Virus record (IMG/VR): IMGVR_UViG_3300030202_003189
Coordinates: 124,001 to 188,000 of that record
Strand: one strand, 5' to 3'
DNA length: 64,000 nucleotides
Below, piece by piece: positions 58,066-64,000 of this stretch. Within the stretch, counting starts at the first letter, position 1; each line of letters begins with the position of its first letter. The notes beneath the pieces are model-generated. The model ran no database searches, was not told the DNA's origin, and was given only the letters and a program-made list of their open reading frames with translations. Made by a program: the position numbers and the translations under genes.

Positions 58066-60519
58066 ATGGGATATATAAAAAAAGATAGTGTAGCATATGT
58101 GAGTGCTAAATTAACAGACTATGGTAGAGAAAAATTAGCATTAGGTAGACTTAACTTTAGTTATTGGGGGTTTGGTGATTCTGAAATGGATTACGGAACT
58201 TTTGGTGATGATTATTCGTGGTTAAATAATGGAGCTGGTGGTAACGTTGATTTAGGTTTATTAAATATTCTACGACCAGCGGATAACCCTCCTGGACAAA
58301 GGTATCCTTTATTACGTGTTCCGGGTAATAGTGGAAGTAGTTACACCTCTATAAGTTCACCAGACGTACTTAAAACGATTATAAATAATCAAGCAGTAAC
58401 AAGAGGATTTTTTACAGGGGCTACTAAAAATTCTACATCTTATCCTGAACGTAAATACGATTACTTTGTCCAATCAGGAACATCCTACACTAAAGGTGTT
58501 GGGAAAACTAATTTAGCAAGTATTGTTAGAGCGGGTAGTAATGTTGTTAAAAGTACTGTACCGGGAACAACTGGTATTGATATAAATTTAGGACAAACTG
58601 GGGCTATAACAGATGTAAGTGTAAATGGAGTAGAACCAGTAGCTGGAGACTTTATGTTATTAGTACCAAACTCATTCGCTCTTTATCCTAATACAATTAC
58701 ACCAGATCCGGCTGTTTTTGTGAGTGATGGAACGACTGGTCCAGGGACAATAGATTCATCACAAGGTACACCATTTTTATGGTATAGAATAGTTGAGGTG
58801 ACAGGTACTTTATCAGCTAACAGTCTAAAAGTTACTGTAGATAGATCAATACCTAATTTTACTGGGTCTACAACTACACAATATAGAGATTCCTATGTGT
58901 TCTTTTATGATGGAGGTGGGGTTAACCATAACCCTATTGACACTTATTACGGAACAGGTACAACAATTCCTTATTGGAATGAGTTAAGTTTATCATTTGA
59001 CAGTAACTGTGATGTTTCTGTAAATGATGTTAAAATTTGGAATATGAATATTCCTTGGACAGAAACAGTTGCAGGGTTGACAGCATCAACACACGGAACA
59101 GTAGCAAATTTTGGTTCCACAGCCTACACTTCAACTAAAGAATATCTGGAGTACACAAAACCAGTATTTTCAGAATCTTATGGTGGAATCACAGATGACT
59201 ATAGACAGAAATCTATTGCGGTTATACACTACACTAATAATTCTATTTCTAATTTTTATGGAGAAGGATTTTACTGGTCAGAGACTGGAGTTAATAACTT
59301 CCAACTTACTTTACCAACCGTTATGTATAACTATACTGGGAATACAACGATGGGGTTGTTATTAACAGGAGAAACAAGAGTGACACCAAGAACTTTGGTA
59401 TCAACATATAATTCAAATAGTGAAATTGATTATTATCAATTACATACTTCCGGAGGAACATCTAATACTACAATAGGTGGTATATTAATTGAAAATTACA
59501 CAGCCCCAGTTAGTGTTGGAAAGATATTTCCCGATCTAAAAATTGCAGTTATTGATGATGAGGAGATTGTTGCGGCGTTATCTTATAAGAGTAATAGAAA
59601 CTGGGTTTTACCACAGTTAAAAGCAGATTATACGGCAGTGACTGGGAGTACGGCGGCTGAAGGAGTATCCCAAGCTGGAGACCAATTCTGGATAACTTAC
59701 CAATTTACTAGTACTAGTGGATATACAAGTGGGATGTACTGTAACAAATATACTTTCCTATCAATGGAAGCAACAAACTGTGACAATTGTGATGGGGCAA
59801 ATAAAAATATTAAACTTACTTTCCCTTATGGTAGTTTACCGTTTATGAGAAGAAATGGTATCGCTGCAGAATCAGGAGGACCAAATGATGAAAAATATTT
59901 AGGGTGGGAGGCAACAGGATTTGATATATTGATACAAAAAACTCAGAATAATGAACCACCAACTTCCACAGGGTGGAAAAGAATTCCAGTTGCTCAGGAC
60001 GCGGCAGGTAATTCTATATTAAATTCATTTACAGATGGTGCCGGTGGAACAGACATGTTTGTTGATTATGAAATTTTATATAATGGAGAATTTGTAATAA
60101 CAAAAGAGTATTTTGATAATTGTGTGATCACTGCGACCAGTCCATATACACCAGATTATGGTCTATTTAGTCTAAACGATTGGATTCATATGCCACTTTT
60201 AACAGACATGACAGACTCAACACCAACAGCAACTCTAACTTTTGGAGATGAAAGATGGACGTATGGGAATGTAGATACAGACATTAAAGCAACGGTATTC
60301 CGTACAACATTCATGTTTACTGCAGCTGGTACAGACTTTAATACATCACAGAATCCTACATGGGGTACTGGTAGTGCAGACCCTGCACACAATGTAAGAA
60401 TTAGTGAGGTATCAGTTTATGATAGTGAATTTAGAGAAGTCATTGTAGGAAAAATAAGTGATCCGATTGAGAAAAAACAGGATTCACAATTTACATTAGC
60501 GATGGGACTAGATTTTTAG
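58066..60519 (+). CDS. Tail-collar fibre-like (DUF3751-like) structural protein
   Basis: N-terminal KLTDYGREKLA.G....YWGFGDSE.DY and C-terminal VRISEV.VYD......VGK.S.PI.K. Confidence 0.65.
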   Translation: MGYIKKDSVAYVSAKLTDYGREKLALGRLNFSYWGFGDSEMDYGTFGDDYSWLNNGAGGNVDLGLLNILRPADNPPGQRYPLLRVPGNSGSSYTSISSPDVLKTIINNQAVTRGFFTGATKNSTSYPERKYDYFVQSGTSYTKGVGKTNLASIVRAGSNVVKSTVPGTTGIDINLGQTGAITDVSVNGVEPVAGDFMLLVPNSFALYPNTITPDPAVFVSDGTTGPGTIDSSQGTPFLWYRIVEVTGTLSANSLKVTVDRSIPNFTGSTTTQYRDSYVFFYDGGGVNHNPIDTYYGTGTTIPYWNELSLSFDSNCDVSVNDVKIWNMNIPWTETVAGLTASTHGTVANFGSTAYTSTKEYLEYTKPVFSESYGGITDDYRQKSIAVIHYTNNSISNFYGEGFYWSETGVNNFQLTLPTVMYNYTGNTTMGLLLTGETRVTPRTLVSTYNSNSEIDYYQLHTSGGTSNTTIGGILIENYTAPVSVGKIFPDLKIAVIDDEEIVAALSYKSNRNWVLPQLKADYTAVTGSTAAEGVSQAGDQFWITYQFTSTSGYTSGMYCNKYTFLSMEATNCDNCDGANKNIKLTFPYGSLPFMRRNGIAAESGGPNDEKYLGWEATGFDILIQKTQNNEPPTSTGWKRIPVAQDAAGNSILNSFTDGAGGTDMFVDYEILYNGEFVITKEYFDNCVITATSPYTPDYGLFSLNDWIHMPLLTDMTDSTPTATLTFGDERWTYGNVDTDIKATVFRTTFMFTAAGTDFNTSQNPTWGTGSADPAHNVRISEVSVYDSEFREVIVGKISDPIEKKQDSQFTLAMGLDF

Positions 60520-60522
60520 ATA

Positions 60523-60996
60523 ATGGGATTCACAAAAACAAATACTGAGAATTTTGAAGTTTATTTAACCCCTATGGCTAGAGAAAAATTATATACTGGA
60601 AAAGGAGGGAAGATAAAGATTAAGTATTTTAGTTTACATGATGGAGACATCAATTACACTAAATCGGCAAAAACACAGACTTTTGCCACAACTCCAGCTG
60701 GGAAATACACTGAAGTGCCAAACCTTAGAGGGGAACCTACAACAATAGGGGTTAATGGGTGTCAAGTTTACCAGTTAGAAGATTTTATATTAAGAAAGGA
60801 TACAATGAGTGATCAAAAATGTCCGGATGGGTATATTAAAAATGAGGTAGGTATATGTGTTAAAAACCCTCTTAATACACAACCTCCTAAGGAGAAAATA
60901 ATAAAAAGAAAAAATAATGACATTACCAGAACGGCTAACAGATTGGGAGGAAATAACTCGAGTGTTGGGATTATACCAGGAGGAAGTAGTTATTAA
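60523..60996 (+). CDS. Short paralog carrying the LTxxxREKL...YF...D..INY N-terminal domain
   Basis: MGF...YLTPMAREKL...IKYFSLHDGDINY; CPDGY.....C motif. Confidence 0.6.
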   Translation: MGFTKTNTENFEVYLTPMAREKLYTGKGGKIKIKYFSLHDGDINYTKSAKTQTFATTPAGKYTEVPNLRGEPTTIGVNGCQVYQLEDFILRKDTMSDQKCPDGYIKNEVGICVKNPLNTQPPKEKIIKRKNNDITRTANRLGGNNSSVGIIPGGSSY

Positions 60997-61000
60997 TAAC

Positions 61001-61025
61001 ATTAAATAAAAAATTATATAAATGG
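61001..61025 (+). repeat. 25-bp exact direct repeat, copy 1 (ATTAAATAAAAAATTATATAAATGG)
   Basis: Identical to 63211-63235; covers the intergenic gap and start codon. Confidence 0.85.
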
Positions 61026-62620
61026 GATATCAACCTTCAGGAACCACAACTACACAAGTAACTATAGATGTAAAACTCACCAAACAGGGTAGAGAAAGAT
61101 TAATCTATGGAAGTGGATCCAATATTGCTTATTTTACCTTACACGATGAAGGAATAAATTATACCTCCACATCCAAACCAACTAGAGGTAGAACACCAGA
61201 AGCGGCAGGAACTTTAAGCTCTAATTCAGGGGTGGCCGATGGACAAGGTTTTAGAGATGTAATTCTAAGAGAAGTTATAGACGGAATGGGTAATCTTATT
61301 GAACAAACTGGAGTTAAACAAGTAAAGTTTGGTACGTCATCTAAAGGATGGGGGTCCTTAATTGGATTAACTGCAGACACTGCTAGTTATAATAAGTTAA
61401 ATGTAACCGTTAATTTGGATTACGCAATTAACTTTATGAAATGGTTAGCGGGACAAGTGGAACAGGGATCAACTATAGACTATAGTATGTTCTACGACAC
61501 TAATAACCATCCAGCGTCCTCTCTTAAAGACGGATTCCTTAACTTTATGGATTACATAGAGATTGATACTGTAGATGAAACAACACAAGCAATACTTAAT
61601 ACAGAAAAAGATGAAATAGATGTATGTTTCTTATCAGATAATGATAAGATATTAAATAGAAGTGTTAATAAATATAGTTCTGATTTACAGAAATATATTT
61701 TCATGTCTAAAGAAATGTTATACAGTAATGGAGGAAGTCCTGTAAATATAAGTTATCTTGATAACGCTATGGATAGTCCATTTAAGTTTGCATTCTCGTC
61801 AGGGAGAGATTCAACTGTTTCGGAATCGATAGGTAGATTAACTAAAGATCCTTCACAAGCTAAACAAAGAGGTAAACTATATGGAGGAGCTGGTAAATGG
61901 GGGGTTAGTTTAGGTTCTACCGATTTTGTTTATGGTATAAGGAGAAAGGATTGGAAGAGTGATGGTATTAATGGTTTATTTGACTCTGGAATATCGGCAG
62001 ACGGAGGACAAAAGTCTGGTTTTATATCATATTTTGATATGGTTAACTATAATGATGGGGCCAATGCTATTAATACAGACTTAGATTTTATGGAACTTGA
62101 TCCTGCTACCTACGAAAATAAAATGTTACCTAAGAGTATTAGTAACCCAACAACGGATGTTCCATTATATGTGGGACAATCAATATTAACAAATAAGAAT
62201 AAGGGATTCTATCCGAGAACTAGAGAAGGTAGTTATCCATTTGCCATACCTGGATTAGAGATGTGTTCATTTGGTTCACAGGTAATCGCGGTACAAAATG
62301 ACATAGTAGAAACATTCTTTAGAAGAACAAGTACTACTCCATATAATTTTACAAACTTATCCGCTAGTACATACCATACTAGTTTAAGTTTCATTGCAAA
62401 ACCACGAACAATTAAAGCTTCTAGAGCTAATCCAATTAAAGAAGGGTTATTAACAGTAACTTTCAAATATAATAAATCCATAGCTGAGTCTACTATAGAT
62501 TGGGGTATGAAGGCGGATTGGGCTTCGAGTTATAACTATAATAATTTTGTAGTAAGAGAAAGAACTGATTACGGATTGTCATATACACACGCATTACCAG
62601 ATCCAGTAGTGAGTTATTAA
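61022..62620 (+). CDS. Structural protein with LTxxGRExL...YF...D..INY N-terminal domain
   Basis: MGY...KLTKQGRERL...IAYFTLHDEGINY. Confidence 0.6.
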   Translation: MGYQPSGTTTTQVTIDVKLTKQGRERLIYGSGSNIAYFTLHDEGINYTSTSKPTRGRTPEAAGTLSSNSGVADGQGFRDVILREVIDGMGNLIEQTGVKQVKFGTSSKGWGSLIGLTADTASYNKLNVTVNLDYAINFMKWLAGQVEQGSTIDYSMFYDTNNHPASSLKDGFLNFMDYIEIDTVDETTQAILNTEKDEIDVCFLSDNDKILNRSVNKYSSDLQKYIFMSKEMLYSNGGSPVNISYLDNAMDSPFKFAFSSGRDSTVSESIGRLTKDPSQAKQRGKLYGGAGKWGVSLGSTDFVYGIRRKDWKSDGINGLFDSGISADGGQKSGFISYFDMVNYNDGANAINTDLDFMELDPATYENKMLPKSISNPTTDVPLYVGQSILTNKNKGFYPRTREGSYPFAIPGLEMCSFGSQVIAVQNDIVETFFRRTSTTPYNFTNLSASTYHTSLSFIAKPRTIKASRANPIKEGLLTVTFKYNKSIAESTIDWGMKADWASSYNYNNFVVRERTDYGLSYTHALPDPVVSY

Positions 62621-62633
62621 AAAATAAAGAATT

Positions 62634-63206
62634 ATGCCATTATTAAATAAAATACCAACAATATCATCAGGAGATTATAAGAATTATAATGCATATTTTG
62701 ATGAAACACCGGGAAGAGCAACGGTACAATACTTTCTAAATACTAAAGTATTAATAACAGATGAAAATGGGGTCTATAGAACAATACTTGGAAATTTGAC
62801 TCGATCCGAACCATACGCTGACTATACGTCTGCTTATGTAAAAACATTTATTAATTTTCCGTTTAAGAAAAATCCTCTTTATACAGTGAGTAAAGGTAAT
62901 ATTGACACTAAAAGTGGTATAATAATAAATGAGACTCCTGCGGGAGAGACTAACCCGACGTATAAAGCTCAACCCACTTTTATGATTGCATGTTCGGGAA
63001 GAGACACAATGGCTCTTGACCCATCAACAAAAATGTTGACAAATACTAGAATAGTAACACAAGGTGGTTTAACACAAAATAATAATAAACAACAAAATAC
63101 TACACCTACTAGTCAACCTCAAACAACACGTACCTCAAGTATGGGATCAACAGGTGGTTCTATGGGTGGTTCTATGGGTGGTAGCGGAGGAGGAGGAGGT
63201 TATTAA
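62634..63206 (+). CDS. Hypothetical protein with low-complexity Gly/Ser/Met tail
   Basis: 190-aa ORF ending GGSMGGSMGGSGGGGGY (GGTGGTTCTATG x2 at 63153-63176). Confidence 0.55.
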   Translation: MPLLNKIPTISSGDYKNYNAYFDETPGRATVQYFLNTKVLITDENGVYRTILGNLTRSEPYADYTSAYVKTFINFPFKKNPLYTVSKGNIDTKSGIIINETPAGETNPTYKAQPTFMIACSGRDTMALDPSTKMLTNTRIVTQGGLTQNNNKQQNTTPTSQPQTTRTSSMGSTGGSMGGSMGGSGGGGGY

Positions 63207-63210
63207 CAAT

Positions 63211-63235
63211 ATTAAATAAAAAATTATATAAATGG
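63211..63235 (+). repeat. 25-bp exact direct repeat, copy 2
   Basis: Identical to 61001-61025. Confidence 0.85.
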
Positions 63236-64000
63236 CATTAAATAAAGGATTTTTCAAAAAAGTAGAGGACAGCTCCTCAAAAATTAAACCAATAACAATT
63301 AATACTGATAGTGTAACACTAAGCGGAAAGTCAATGAAGTTTTATGTTGGGGATCGTAGAAACCTATCCAACCAATATAATAATATATTCATGACAATGA
63401 ACTTACCCTTGACACCTACTCAAAGAACGGTATTTGAGGGAAATTTCTCAACAGGAACAACATATAACTTCTCTGGGACTAGTGGGTTTAATCAGAATGT
63501 TATAGTGTTTACACCAATAACAGGTACAAGTTATGGGGAGTTAATTGTAGGACACTCTATTCATATGAAAGTGCCAGTTCAGACAGGAAATACAACGTGG
63601 TTACCAGTTGCTAGTAGTACTTGTGGGGTAATTCCATGTGTACAAACAATTGATATATATGGGTCTTATCAGTTCCAAGGAGGATATAAAAATAGTTTTG
63701 ATAATTTAACATCAGAAAGTAGTAAAAATGCAGTTGAGTTTGGACAACCTATGTACAACATCAATGATGAATTGATTAATTACAATCCTTATAAGAGTAA
63801 TGTAGTTTTTTTATTCTCTGATTTTGTGAGAAGACCTAATAATGATGTGGCAAAATCATGGGCAACACAATCAGCAAACGCTCTAATAAATACAAATAAA
63901 GTTTTTAAGGACGGTAAAGAGCCATTTAATTATGAATCAATTAATATTAATGGTAGAGATATTGTAGACGTACCTGTAGGTCTATGTCTTCTAGATGCTG
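63232..64000 (+). CDS. Probable virion structural protein, truncated by window end
   Basis: ATG at 63232 (MALNKGFFKKVEDSS...); the last bases read DVPVGLCLLDA in the same frame. Missing from the ORF track, consistent with no stop inside the window. Confidence 0.65.
   Translation, partial: MALNKGFFKKVEDSSSKIKPITINTDSVTLSGKSMKFYVGDRRNLSNQYNNIFMTMNLPLTPTQRTVFEGNFSTGTTYNFSGTSGFNQNVIVFTPITGTSYGELIVGHSIHMKVPVQTGNTTWLPVASSTCGVIPCVQTIDIYGSYQFQGGYKNSFDNLTSESSKNAVEFGQPMYNINDELINYNPYKSNVVFLFSDFVRRPNNDVAKSWATQSANALINTNKVFKDGKEPFNYESININGRDIVDVPVGLCLLDA

Noticed and set aside
55371-60525. TAG recoding or read-through (TAG at 55373 and 60519 is in frame with the next ATG)
   Set aside because: Multi-kb ORFs contain no internal TAG, other TAG stops are out of frame or backed by TAA/TGA, and 60523 has its own family N-terminal domain. 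Standard code 11 fits.
566-62972. All minus-strand ORFs in the track
   Set aside because: They lie almost entirely opposite long + strand genes, have Ser/Leu/Ile-rich shadow composition and show no recognisable motifs.

Overview
This 64 kb window is a segment of a large (probably jumbo) AT-rich myovirus genome. It holds about 41 tightly packed genes, all on the + strand. Order: tail sheath (5'-truncated), HAD phosphatase, tail tube, tail-assembly chaperone with an overlapping +1-frame extension at a T7 slippery site, an inserted hypothetical gene, tape measure, tube-initiator/hub-like protein, LysM/gp53-like protein and a 2746-aa hub with a C-terminal GH18-like domain. Next come small proteins with LxE-type leaders (one with a peptidase S74 chaperone), then a replication block (SSB, RecA/UvsX, 5'-3' exonuclease, DnaB/gp41 helicase, class II B12-dependent RNR, two Cys-rich minigenes). 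The rest is gp25- and gp6-like wedge genes and about 31 kb of giant, Cys-rich, carbohydrate-binding-like baseplate/fibre proteins. A-rich leaders without Shine-Dalgarno sites and no TGA stops suggest a Bacteroidota host (inference). Two recurring intergenic promoter-like motifs are visible. I found no CRISPR, tRNA, rRNA or mobile element. All family calls come from motif recognition by eye, not database searches.
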